The notes: generated from the letters alone by a model not told the origin. Shown: positions 1 through 14,012, counted from the stretch's first letter. The stretch is 64,000 nt of DNA from Eledone cirrhosa (GCA_964016885.1 OZ024745.1:16430001-16494000), one strand, 5' to 3'. Numbers and translations: made by a program.

Positions 1-55
1 ATTAAGTTATTTAGCTGAAATTTCAAATATTGAAAGTTTCATAACTACACCTCAT

Positions 56-170
<115 letters not shown>

Positions 171-229
171 GAGTATATATATAATTCAAGAGATAAGAGT
201 AACATGGTTGTCTGTACAATAATGGCTTT

Positions 230-353
230 ATTCACAGTGCTGACAATTGTTTCGTTGATCTGGTAGGTCTAGAGTTCGCTAATCGCTAGATGTTGCGTCA
301 ATCGAACTCCAATACTTTGTTTATAACCAGTTAATTCATCAGAGCGAGCGAAT
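230..353 (-). ncRNA. Type I hammerhead ribozyme motif with long stem II
   Basis: Minus strand reads attcgctcgct-CTGATGA (336-342)-~82 nt imperfect hairpin (ctggt/accag, ggagttcg/cgaactct)-GAAA-CAATTG (palindrome)-TC-agcactgtgaat. Stem I is gct/agc plus attcgc/gtgaat. Confidence 0.7.
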
Positions 354-377
354 GAGTATATACATATATATATATAT

Positions 378-1149
<772 letters not shown>

Positions 1150-1452
1150 GTTATAGATGTTAATGTTGTTGTTTACAAACTGAATGAGAGATTGAGAGAT
1201 ACAATCAACAAATTAAGCAGAAGTATTTATATAGTGAAAAGCAGACAGACATAGATAGAACCGGTTGTTATATATATAGTATTAGTTATACTATTTATGG
1301 TTATGTAAATGTAATCTCGAAGTGTGTACTGCCACTCTAAATTCTTTAATGAATGTTGACCCACAATGTTTGAATATGTATCAATGTTTGAATATGTATC
1401 GGTATGTCTCTCGGCTGAAAACGAGGTCATATAACTGTCCATGCATTAATAA

Positions 1453-1505
1453 ATTGCTCCGAAGAATCCAAACCTCGGTTTGGAGGAAACAGCTGTAAGC
1501 ACAAT
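1453..1505 (+). ncRNA. Type I hammerhead-like motif, U4C core variant
   Basis: attgct-CCGAAGA-a-TCCAAAC-ctcg-GTTTGGA-g-GAAA-CAGCTG-TA-agcacaat. Perfect 7-bp stem II, palindromic stem III, stem I tgct/agca. Confidence 0.65.
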
Positions 1506-1917
1506 AATGTTTTGAACAGTTCTTTGATTCTTATATTTCATATATATATATATATATATTTGTATAATGTATGTAAATATATATATTGAGCGAGAGAAAT
1601 TACACTAAAAAGCTCTAAACATATTTTCTAAAAAACGCATTTATATTAACGATTGTCTTAATTAATTTTACTCTTAAACTACTTCAACTGGCAACTAATT
1701 GAGTATTTCCTAAATTATGTAAAGTACTCATATATTCCGTTTTTTTCCTGAATTAAACGAAAAATTTTATTTCACTCACAAAGTTTCTAAAATGTATCTG
1801 ACCAAGCAAAGTCTGTGTGTATAATTGTGAATGTTTGATAATATTTGTGTGTATGTATGTGAGCGTTTAGTAATTTTCATGTACATGTATGTGAGGATTT
1901 ATCTCCATGTATGTGAG

Positions 1918-1972
1918 CAGGATTGAATTTAGACCTTGGAGGGCCCTTTGTCTCCCATTAAATCCGGTCCTG
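1918..1972. mobile_element. 55-bp minimal hAT-type MITE
   Basis: Imperfect TIRs caggattgaattta / taaatccggtcctg, flanked by 8-bp tatgtgag / tatgtgaa. The flank motif also recurs locally, which weakens the TSD call. Confidence 0.5.
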
Positions 1973-3508
1973 TATGTGAATGTTTGGTAACGTTTGTGTG
2001 TATATTTGTGATCTAAACATATATGTCCACAACAGTCTCTTCTTGCCCAGTTCTGTTCTCTTATTTTCACGTCACACAGAATTACTGCCAGTATTTCCTG
2101 ATTCTCAACAGTTAGTATTATAACTGTTAATATAATTCTACGCTTCTAAATATAATAGTTTCCATCATGAAACTGAGCAGTAGTTTAGTAATGCTGTAGT
2201 AGAATATAATGGACAATATACTGTAGAAGCATTGTAAAATATAGTGTAAATTAGATATAGTTATATAAACATCAGCTTGACACGATTTAGCATTCATATA
2301 CAATATAACGTAGTAGTCTTTCTGATCTTGTCATGTTTACATTACCTATATCGATATTAAGGCTATACTATTTCTAACTGTATGGAGTCTGTGACAATGA
2401 TAATTGCACAGAGTTTGTGATAAAGTCAAGTGTACAGAGTTTGATTGCTTGGTGAATGCGATGATGTTAATTATATGGCGGATATAATAATGATGATTGC
2501 ATAACATTTGTGGCAATGTCAATTGTATGGAAGACGTGCATTTGAGAATCGTATGGAAGATGTGATAATGCCAAATGTATAGAATTTGTGGTTGTGAATT
2601 GTACAATATAGTTTATGATTATAATTCTATTGAGTTCGTAATAAGGATAACTGTATAGATTTGTATTAATGCTAATTCTATTGAACTTGTGATAATGCTA
2701 ATTCTACTACCGTTGACATAGAAGCTATTGTATGTTGTTTCTGATAAGGAAAATGTGTAGAAACATGGGAACCCACTAAAGGAAACTTATATAATACCAA
2801 ATGTGGCACACTTTAGTACTGAGAACATTTTGTTCGTGGTTTTATTGCTGTTATCGAAGTTGTAGTATTTCAGGATACTGGTGACTATCATAATGATGAC
2901 AACGATGATCACGATGTAAATGATGACGACATTGATACCAGGCTATTATCTTAATCATATACACATTAATTTCGAAAGTAGAAAAGAAATAACTTGCTCA
3001 GTAAACCCCGATGCAGCAGTTGATATAATATAACATAATATAATATAATATAATATAATATAATATAATATAATACAATAATAAGTGATATGGCGTATTA
3101 TTCGATTTTGAAGCAATGAAAAAACATGTTGGAACTTAATGGTGCCAGGAACAGAAAATACTAATTAGAGAAATGAAATTCCTATAAGTTTAGGTTGAAT
3201 AAGCTTTAGTTATTGTTGTGGCTAAATATTTATGACTAGTTGAGATTAAAGACTTATCAAAGAGAAATATATCCTCTATATAACAGAAATCAATAATGAT
3301 AGCGTATTAATTACAACATCGACTGAGTGAATTATTGTAAATCTCGCCATAATGGAAAGTGGAGCGAAAGATTGGAATCCATCGTTAATGATAGCATAAT
3401 CTATATTTCGTATCAAACATGAAAGTTATTGAAGAAGCGAAGTCATTTCAAGAGTTCTGAAATGTATCTTGAAAGACACAAAAGAAAGAAAAGAAAAGAA
3501 TGAAACTA

Positions 3509-3601
<93 letters not shown>

Positions 3602-3605
3602 CATA

Positions 3606-3648
<43 letters not shown>

Positions 3649-3654
3649 TTATGG

Positions 3655-3692
<38 letters not shown>

Positions 3693-3698
3693 CCATAA

Positions 3699-3780
<82 letters not shown>
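3509..3780. repeat. (TA)n tract with internal inverted duplication (tttatggtta / taaccataaa)
   Basis: Direct reading. Confidence 0.9.
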
Positions 3781-3921
3781 TTATGTGAGAATAGCAACAA
3801 GAAGACGAAATCATAGATGAAAGGAAAATATTGAAAGAATTACAGAAGATGCAGATCTAAGATGAAATATAAATAAAAATCTATGATATGTAATATCTTA
3901 TTGCAACATATTTGGAAATTG

Positions 3922-4117
3922 TTAAAAGATGATTAGTCTCAGGAGTATGAAGATTGTTTTTTTTATGTTATCTTCACAACCAGAAAATATTACATTGTGA
4001 AAATTTCCTGATAAATAATAACAGACTGGGGACTTTGAAATATTCCTCTTGTCATCTAGATCTGCATTCCACATGGTTCCAATGATATATTCTTCCCCAG
4101 TTCGATCAATGTTATTT
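3922..4117 (-). other. Possible host terminal exon, weakly C-type-lectin-like
   Basis: Strong acceptor (ttttttttttcctcaacag-like poly-T tract) followed by an open frame NNIDRTGEEYIIGTMWNADLDDKRNISKSPVCYYL...SGCEDNIKKTIFI. The W/C/C spacing is only suggestive. Confidence 0.25.
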
Positions 4118-4460
4118 CTGTTGAGGAAAAAAAAACAACAACTCATCTTTGAATTGATTTCGATTCCCAAAATATATCGCATCATTTCATATTGCTCTTA
4201 GCAAGGTGTATAAAAAAGAAATTAAGAAGATAAAGTAATTCGTATCTTCAAGTGTAAAACTATACAAATGAAAGAATTATAATCCATCTTAATGCGGAGT
4301 TATAAATTCACTGGTGTGAATTTATTTTCATAAAAGAGATCAAAAATGATAAATATAATAACTATATTTATCTATTCATCAAATAGAAGTTTTAATGTGA
4401 TGATGTGTGTTATATACACGTACACACACAAAAAGAGTAGCATACACTCACGCACAAGCA

Positions 4461-4495
<35 letters not shown>

Positions 4496-5244
4496 AATTG
4501 CATATTTGTTTATATAAATAATTAATCACACACACATAGGACATCTCACTATGGTTCTAAAGTGCGTATGATATATATATATATATGTGTGATTAATTAT
4601 TTATATAAACAAATATGCAATTTACACATGATTAAATAAATTATATGTATTACTGTGAAAGTATTTAAAGTATTGTTGTGAAAGTTATATAAACTTTTTA
4701 TGTCTATATAGAAATTAAGTGGAAATTATTTATACATTTAAATAGGAGGATACAGTCGATTGCATTTAACACAGAATATAACTGACTAATTTCTTCCCTC
4801 TTCTTCTTCTTCTTCTTCTTCTTGGTTTGAAATCGAGCCAAGTCATTTCAATGAAATTAGGGAACCAGAAACTGTTTAGATACTCGTTAGATAAACTATC
4901 CTTGTAATTGTAAAAACCCGCTTGGTCATGTCATATCACACTGTGTTACACTGAAGCTTTTCGAGAATTACATTAAGGGTACACATGTCTCTAAAGTACT
5001 CCACTACTTATCCTATGATTTCCAGAACTGGCTGTTTCGTTGATCTGACAGTTAGAACACTCATGGACGGAGGATGATTTCCTACTTCCTTTTAACAATC
5101 TGGTTTTAAAAATATGGATTACTAAGAAAGTTAAGATGAAATCTGTAGTGAAGACATAAATAAAATCAAGATTAGGTATGGGACAAATTTATCGCAAAAT
5201 CACTTAACTTTTAACTCAACAATATACTTCAGCAAAGCTGGTAT

Positions 5245-5500
5245 AGTCACTGCCACCATCTCGCTCGCTCTCCCATCTCTCACTATTATATGCAAATGGG
5301 AGCCCATCCACTGGCCGCCCCGAGGCCCCGGTGGAGAGAAGAGGGGTGTTTCTCCTGAGGATGGTGAGGGAGATGCGTTGGAAGAGCCATTTCAGCTCGC
5401 GAGGTTCACATCTGTGGGTAGCCAAATCTGTGCCGATGGTGGTGAGTAGGAAGGTGGTCCTAGGCTCCTAGTCTGGGTTTTAGGTACCCCCCTCCCCGAA
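5245..5500 (-). mobile_element. CRE-like (restriction-like endonuclease) non-LTR retrotransposon 3' fragment
   Basis: Translation LTTIGTDLATHRCEPRELKWLFQRISLTILRRN resembles the C-terminal 'DPRE..FLFQRLSLAIQRGN' motif of CRE-type elements. A shorter inverted paralogue lies at ~6172-6240. Confidence 0.55.
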
Positions 5501-7112
5501 AATCCAACGCGTATTCTGTAAGTCTAGTCAGAAAGTGGAATACTCTATGCCTTATAGTAATTAACGTATTGAATGCGCTGCTTAGGAACAGCGATGAAAG
5601 GGTGTACTGAATCTTATACAGTACCACACACATTTACAAACATATATTACCATCTATAACTTCGAACTATCCCAATAAAAATTTGCGTAGTAATAAACAG
5701 AAATATCAACCAAATTTCAATTAAATTGAAACTATTTAAACTAAAATCTTTGATTATATGGAGGTTAGTAAATGATTCAACAACAGAAACTTCTGCTTTA
5801 CAGCTTTCCTTGTTTTCCATTTGCTATTTCTTTATCCTTATTTTACCTTCGTTGGTTTTCTCTATTTAATTCTTTTTTAAATTTAAATTTAATTTGTATA
5901 TTGACTTATCTCTGTTTATTCTTGTTTGTTTCTCAACTGTGAGGCGAAATATGTACTTCCCCTAGTCTGCCATAGCTTACAAGCTCTATACGGACGTTTA
6001 AATTGAATAAATAAATAAACTAATAAAATATATAGATAATCTGATACATTTATACATACATAATAAGCATCACTAATATAATTTTATTTCCCACACCAAC
6101 AAGACTATTTTCGCTGAATTGCAACAGCTCAACAACAAACACAGAATATATAGTTTACAAAGTTGATATAGTGCAGGAGTGAGCCTCGCGCGCTAGAATG
6201 GTTCTTCCAACGCATCTCCCTGACCATCAACGGGGAAAGGCAGAGACACAACCCTATTTCTTTGAAATTGAAACCACTGGGGGTTAATTCATTATTTTGT
6301 GATTAGTAATTGTGGGCTACAACTGTATCTCGGTAGTGATTTAAACATTTCTGAACATACAGTTTGTTTTATTGTCTTCAGTTCTTTGTGTTGAGATAAA
6401 TAATATATAGTTTTAGCTAATAATTACGTTTTTGTTTATTGCAAATCTTATGATTATTGCAGTGAAAACATATTTTATATTCAACAATTTGACATTTTGA
6501 ATTACATTAAAACTTCCTCGATATCATCCATCTGATGTATTTAGAAAGCTAATTTATTCTGCCTCTTCTGTTTACACTAATTCATAAAGGTGTGTCACAA
6601 GATGGGATAAACCAGAATGTTTTATTTCTTCTTTTCTGTTATTCATTCAGTGTTTTTCTGACACATACACCAGTTCCTCGTTTTATATGGTTCTAGGAGT
6701 AAAGAACTGCGTCACTGACGTTTCTATGGTTTCTCAGTCTAATCATATTGATGTGGATGTTGTCTAATTTGTACAGATGCATAATTAGTATTAGAGACAT
6801 CTACAGAATTAGTATACAGTGTCTAAGGAGGAGTCTAATGTGCAGAGACACAGTAGGTGTGATGAGAATAAGAAAGGTCTTTGTGAAGGTTGGGTTGAGT
6901 GGAAGTGGTCTGTACTCGATATCTCTGGAGGACAAAGGCTGTTTTAATTGTACTCTCAGTCGCTTCACGCCATGACACCGGGATAAGCACTGGCCAAATG
7001 AGCCTTCTGGTTTAAGACAGACTTTAGACATTTTAGATACTCTACTGTGTATTGAGTACCTTACTTACTGTGGTTAACCTCTACACACACACCACACACA
7101 CATACACACACG

Positions 7113-7148
<36 letters not shown>

Positions 7149-7151
<3 letters not shown>

Positions 7152-7798
7152 TCTGGTCTTCTTTTAGTCCATTGAGCGCTTGCCGCATATCTCGAGGATT
7201 GCGTTTCGCTTTGATTTTGGCCACCGCCGAAATACGATCTCACTGAAATTATATTTGTATTAAACTACCGGGCCTAGCAATTAATTAGTTAATTCGATTA
7301 GACAATTCTATTGACTAATTAATTGCTTAAGTTTATTTAAAAACAACCCGGTCGAGAGCTTACTTCGATTTGTGCAGTATTTTGCAATTCTTGCAATAGT
7401 TTTACACATTTAGAATGCATCGGCCAAAACCCGGGGTTACTTTCCTGGCAGGGTAAACAAGTGGGGGTAGTCACTCCACCATTACTACTGCATTGGAACC
7501 CACTGGTAGGCTGAGAACAAAATACCTGTTGACGAAATGACAGCCTTGTTCGATCGTTATACCAAAAGCTTACAACGAAAGCGGCAGTATAATTAATTTA
7601 GGTGTCACAGAAACCTCCCACTGGATCCTACCAACAATTTCGAGGAGATCCAGGAAAATTCTTTTGTTAACCTGTTTAGCTTGCTTCGTTTTTCTGGCTC
7701 CGGTGGCTGATAGCTTCACGACCATCATTTCCATTTTGTCTGGCCTCTATAACGTATGTTAACTGCTCTGGTCTTCTTTTAGTGCATTGAGCGCTTGC

Positions 7799-7805
<7 letters not shown>
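7149..7805. mobile_element. Terminally redundant non-coding insert in (TA)n (PLE pseudo-LTR-like)
   Basis: 42-bp direct repeats tgctctggtcttcttttagt(c/g)cattgagcgcttgc(c/t)gcatat at 7149 and 7764, with (TA)n on both sides. Confidence 0.55.
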
Positions 7806-7850
<45 letters not shown>

Positions 7851-7963
7851 GATATACATCCATAGATATACATCACACACCATACTATTCCTCAGAAAAA
7901 TATACACAAGCAGTCAAGATAAAAAGAAAATCATACATCTACTTGTATATGAAAATATATGTT

Positions 7964-10900
7964 AGTGTAGTGATAACCACAGTGTAGTGATAAACACAGT
8001 GTAGTGATAAACACAGTGTAGTGATAAACACAGTGTAGTGATAACCACAGTCTAGTGATAAACGCAGTGTAGTGATAACCACAGTCTAGTGGTAAACGCA
8101 GTGTAGTGATAACCACAGTCTAGTGATAAACACAGTGTAGTGATAACCACAGTCTAGTGATAAACACAGTGTAGTGATAACCACAGTCTAGTGATAAACG
8201 CAGTGTAGTGATAACCACAGTCTAGTGATAAACGCAGTGTAGTGATAAACACTGTGTAGTGATAAACGCAGTGTAGTGATAACCACAGTCTAGTGATAAA
8301 CACAGTGTAGTGATAACCACAGTCTAGTGATAAACGCAGTGTAGTGATAACCACAGTCTAGTGATAAACGCAGTGTAGTGATAACCACAGTCTAGTGATA
8401 AACGCAGTGTAGTGATAACTACAGTGTAGTGATAAACACAGTGTAGTGATAACCACAGTGTAGTGATAAACACAGTGTAGCGATAAACGCAGTGTAGTGA
8501 TAACCAGAGTCTAGTGATAAACGCAGTGTAGTGATAACCACAGTCTAGTGATAAACACAGTGTAGTGATAAACGCAATGTAGTGATAACCACAGTCTAGT
8601 GATAAACGCAGGGTAGTGATAACCACAGTCTAGTGATAAACGCAGTGTAGTGATAACCACAGTCTAGTGATAACCACAGTGTAGTAATAACTACAGTGTA
8701 GTGATAACTACAGTGTAGTGATAAACACAGTGTAGTGATAACCACAGTCTAGTGATAAACACAGTGTAGTGATAAACGCAGTGTAGTGATAACCACAGTC
8801 TAGTGATAAACGTAGTGTAGTGATAACCACAGTCTAGTGATAAACGCAGTGTAGTGATAACCACAGTCTAGTGATAAACGCAGTGTAGTGATAAACACAG
8901 TCTAGTGATAACGACAGTGTAGTGATAACCACAGTCTAGTGATAAACGCAGTATAGTGATAACTACAGTCTAGTGATAAACACAGTGTAGTGATAACCAC
9001 AGTATAGTGATAAACGCAGTGTAGTGATAACCACAGTCTAGTGATAAACGCAGTGTAGTGATAACCACAGTCTAGTGATAAACACAGTGTAGTGATAACC
9101 ACAGTGTAGTGATAAACACAGTGTAGTTAAACACAGTGTAATGATAAACATAGTGTAGTTAAACACAATATAGTGATACACACAGTATAGTGATAAACAC
9201 AGTGTAGTGATAAACACTGTGTAGGGATGAAAACAGTGTAGTTAAACACAGTGTACTGATAAACACAGTCTAGTGATAAACACAGTGTAGTGATAAACGC
9301 AGTGTAGTGATAACCACAGTCTAGTGATAAACGTAGTGTAGTGATAACCACAGTCTAGTGATAAACGCAGTGTTGTGATAACCACAGTCTAGTGATAAAC
9401 GCAGTGTAGTGATAAACACAGTGTAGTGATAACCACAGTGTAGTGATAAACACAGTGTAATGATAAACACAGTGTAGTGATAAACACAGTGTAGTGATAA
9501 ACACAGTGTAGTGATAAACACAGTGTAATGATAAACACAGTGTAGTTAAACGCAGTATAATGATAAACTTTGTGTAGTGATAAACTTTGTGTAGTGATAA
9601 ACACAGTGTAGTAATAACTACAGTGTAGTTATAAACACAGTGTAGTGATAACCACAGTGTAGTGATAAACACTGTGTAGTGATAAACACAGTGTAGTAAT
9701 AACTACAGTGTAGTGATAAACACAGTGTAGTGATAACCACAGTGTAGTAATAACTACAGTGTAGTGATAAACACAGTGTAGTGATAACCACAGTGTAGTG
9801 ATAAACACTGTGTAGTGATAAACACAGTGTAGTAATAACTACAGTGTAGTGATAAACAGAGTGTAGTGATAACCACAGTCTAGTGATAAACACAGTGTAG
9901 AGATAAACACAGTGTAGTTAAACACAGTGTAATGATAAACATAGTGTAGTTAAACACAGTATAGTGATACACACAGTGTAGTGATAAACACAGTGTAATG
10001 ACAAACGCAATGTAGTTAAACACAGTATAGTGATAAACACAGTGTAGTGATAAACACTGTGTAGGGATGAAAACAGTGTAGTTAAACACAGTGTACTGAT
10101 AAACACAGTCTAGTGATAAACACAGTGTAGTGATAAACGCAGTGTAGTGATAACCACAGTCTAGTGATAAACGTAGTGTAGTGATAACCACAGTCTAGTG
10201 ATAAACGCAGTGTTGTGATAACCACAGTCTAGTGATAAACGCAGTGTAGTGATAACCACAGTCTAGTGATAACCACAGTGTAGTGATAACCACAGTCTAG
10301 TGATAAACGCAGTATAGTGATAACTACAGTCTAGTGATAAACACAGTGTAGTGATAAACGCAGTGTAGTGATAACCACAGTCTAGTGATAAACGCAGTGT
10401 AGTGATAACTACAGTCTAGTGATAAACACAGTGTAGTGATAACCACAGTCTAGTGATAAACGCAGTGTAGTGATAAACACAGTCTAGTGATAAACGCAGT
10501 GTAGTGATAACCACAGTCTAGTGATAAACGCAGTGTAGTGATAACTACAGTCTAGTGATAAACACAGTGTAGTGATAAACGCAGTGTAGTGATAACCACA
10601 ATCTAGTGATAAACGCAGTGTAGTGATAACTACAGTCTAGTGATAACCACAGTGTAGTGATAACCACAGTCTAGTGATAAACGCAGTGTAGTGATAACCA
10701 CAGTCTAGTGATAAACGCAGTGTAGTGATAACTACAGTCTAGTGATAAACACAGTGTAGTGATAAACGCAGTGTAGTGATAACCACAGTCTAGTGATAAA
10801 CGCAGTGTAGTGATAACTACAGTCTAGTGATAATCGCAGTGTAGTGATAACCACAGTGTAGTGATAAACACAGTGTAGTGATAACCACAGTCTAGTGATA

Positions 10901-11747
10901 AACGCAGTGTAGAGATAACCACAGTCTAGTGATAAACACAGTGTAGTGATAACCACAGTGTAGTGATAAACACAGTGTAATGATAAACACAGTGTAGTGA
11001 TAAACACAGTGTAGTGATAAACATAGTGTAGTGATAAACACAGTGTAGTGATTAACACAGTGTAATGATAAACACAGTGTAGTTAAACGCAGTATAATGA
11101 TAAACACAGTGTAGTGATAAACACTGTGTAGTGATAAACACAGTGTAGTAATAACTACAGTGTAGTGATAAACACAGTGTAGTGATAACCACAGTGTAGT
11201 GATAAACACTGTGTAGTGATAAACACAGTGTAGTAATAACTACAGTGTAGTGATAAACACAGTGTAGTGATAACCACAGTGTAGTAATAACTACAGTGTA
11301 GTGATAAACACAGTGTAGTGATAACCACAGTGTAGTGATAAACACTGTGTAGTGATAACCACAGTCTAGTGATAAACACAGTGTAGAGATAAACACAGTG
11401 TAGTTAAACACAGTGTAATGTTAAACATAGTGTAGTTAAACACAGTATAGTGATACACACAGTGTAGTGATAAACACAGTGTAATGACAAACACAATGTA
11501 GTTAAACACAGTATAGTGATAAACACAGTGTAGTGATAAAAACTGTGTAGGGATGAACACAGTGTAGTTAAACACAGTGTACTGATAAACACTGTGTAGT
11601 GATAAACACAGTGTATTGATAAACACTGTGTAGTGATAAACACAGTGTAGTGATAAACACAGTGTAGTGATAAAGACAGTGTATTGATAAACACTGTGTA
11701 GTGATAACACCGTGTAGTGATAAACACAGTGTAGTAATAAACATAGT
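7964..11747. repeat. 17-bp minisatellite (GTGTAGTGATAAACACA and variants), ~3.8 kb, with higher-order blocks
   Basis: Uninterrupted tandem units with no spacers. Diagnostic variants such as gtagggatga recur at ~9221, ~10061 and ~11547. Confidence 0.97.
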
Positions 11748-11902
11748 ACAAGATGAATGTTTAATATATTAAACTACAGATACTAAACCATCAGTGGATG
11801 AAATATATACAGGTTACTCTCATAATAATAATTCGTAGCAAGTTAATTGAATCGATAAATATTTATTTTCAGCATAAATTGGTCTCGTGTATTCTCCAAA
11901 AA

Positions 11903-11980
11903 TACGTGAGGCAGCCGAAAAGTTCATAGGCTGTCCAAGATACTCTCATGGAATGACCAAATGAGATTTATTTTTTAATT
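11903..11980 (+). mobile_element. Mariner-derived non-autonomous fragment (paralogues at ~31171-31335 and ~48700-48866)
   Basis: Shared motif gaaaagttcataggctgaccaagatactctcatggaatga..aaatgaggtttattttt. The terminus is mariner-like. Confidence 0.5.
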
Positions 11981-12464
11981 TAGGTTTAGAAAAACTATTT
12001 GCTCATGCTCCATTACCGAACGAAGGCATAGTACAATGAATTGTGTGGTGTTTATGACTGAAGGTGAAACAGGGGGAGAAGTGGAGCTGGTGCGGCACAC
12101 ACCTATACGTTGAGCTTACGACCTGTCTATACTTTGCTGCAAAACTGGTAATGAGTCAAGTTTAACGTCACTATCTATCTTTCTATCTGTGTCACAAAGT
12201 TTCCCTTTACCCTGCCTCCCCTTTCGTCAAACACGCTACTATATACTCTTCCCCGTTTCATAGAAAATAACAACGTCTCTAATATTGGCCAGAACTTATA
12301 ATTGTTTTCTATTAACATATGAAAGACGCCTCTTCTATGTTTGTGTTACTTCCTTATCCGTTACAATGTGTATTTATCATGTAAGGAGGCACGCTCCATT
12401 GTAATATATATCTTCCATGAATTGTTTTTCTTTCCCTTAAGATAACTTATTTTTTGTGACTGGT

Positions 12465-13000
12465 ATCATCAGTGGAGCATCGGACATGCTTTCCGGCATA
12501 TAGTTTCGGCCTTTTACGTTTTGAGTTCTAAATTCCGCCACGGTCAAGTTTTACTTTCATCCTTAAGTGGTCGATAGAATAAATTACCAGTTAAGAACAG
12601 GCGTGCCAATGCTAGAAGGAATTTTAATTGAGATCAGTGGATGGGAAAATTCGTTAGAGTGTCGGATGAAATGCTTCGCGGTATTTAGGTGCGACTCCTT
12701 TACGTTCTGACTTCAAATCCTACGGATATCAATTTCGCCCTCTATCTTTCCGGGTTCGGTAAAATAAAGTAACAGCGAAATAATCGACTTGTCTATCCCC
12801 ATATTATTATATTGGGCGGGGGTTGGCAGTATCGGTAGAAGGTCGGACGCCATGCTTTGACGTATAGAGTTACGGCCCTTGCCATTCTGAGTTCAAATCC
12901 CGCCGAGGTTAACTTTGCCTTTCATCCTTACAGGGTCGATAAAATAAAGTACCAGTAATGCACTGAGTAATTGCTGGCCTTGTCCCAAAAGTAGAAACAA
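12465..13000 (+). mobile_element. Three tandem tRNA-derived Nin-domain SINE copies
   Basis: Box A (tggcagtatcgg), box B (gagttcaaatcc) and Nin-like gcctttcatccttacagggtcgataaaataaagtacc. The best copy is 12813-13000. Confidence 0.8.
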
Positions 13001-13480
13001 TTATGTATTTCGCGTTTGTACAATGTCAGCAGAGCGTTGGACAATATACTTTGCTGCATATAGTTACGACGCTTATTTGTGACTCCAGCTGGGCTTTTTA
13101 GTTTTAGGATGGTTAGAATTTTTAAATTTAATACCTGTATTATAACTTTTCAATTCCAATTACTTACGTCAAGCTAACTTTGATATGGAAAATTGGGGTT
13201 TACTGTGTATTCGAATTTTTTGTGTATGAGGATAGGTGGGGGGGGGGGGGGGGGACGACCTCCAAACCTGAAGTGCTCAGCCCCACTAAAATCTAAATCC
13301 AACCGTATCTGTGTAGATGAGGAAGGTGCAGTATTATTTTGTTGATGTTTCTTTTCTGTTGAGAATAAACTTCGTAATATATATCTAGTGTCTTGTAGTG
13401 TTAATTTCTGTATGTTGAATATATTGAAGGGTTTGGTTATGTATGGCTTTGGTTTTCTTTATAATCCTGTGCACCTACTG

Positions 13481-13534
<54 letters not shown>

Positions 13535-13827
13535 AGGCGTCTACTTATATGGGGTGGCTGAAAACTTAAGCTGTGTAAAGTCTGCTTACAAATTCTGTTT
13601 TGTATGTGTTGGCTGCCAAAAAGTAAGACATGTGATTGATTGTTTATTAAAAGTTACTTTACGTTACTATGGTGCAGTCTTACCATTTTAGAGTCTGCTT
13701 CATTATATATTTTGCCTATTTTCTCCTGACAAATATCGTTTATGTTTCATTCCCTCTGTAATAATTCTGTCACTCTTTCTTACACTATCACCCCAATGCT
13801 CTATATTTTGGCTGTAGGCGCTGCAAT

Positions 13828-14012
13828 AATTGTTTCTACTTTTGGCACAAGGTCAGAAATTATCCCGGTGTATTACTGGTACTTTATTTTATCGACCCCA
13901 TAAGGATGAAAGGCAAAGTTAACCTCGGTGGGATTTTAACTCAGACCATGAAGGGCCGTAACTCTTTGCTGTAAAGCATGGCGCAGACCCTCTACCGATA
14001 CAGTCAATCCAA
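13828..14012 (-). mobile_element. Nin-domain SINE
   Basis: Reverse complement of the 12813/14119 family. Confidence 0.85.

Noticed and set aside
3426-3820. YIYI, SLSL, THTH and RERE ORFs here and throughout the window
   Set aside because: Translations of dinucleotide microsatellites.
6340-6385. CTGAAGA...GAAA on the minus strand (similar isolated cores at ~12467, 16648, 50837, 54725, 54797)
   Set aside because: No closing stem II or stem I, or no GAAA.
7964-11747. CRISPR-like array, or Cys/His-rich ORFs (TTLCLSLHCVYHY)
   Set aside because: Contiguous 17-bp units with no unique spacers, in a eukaryotic context. The ORFs are repeat read-through.
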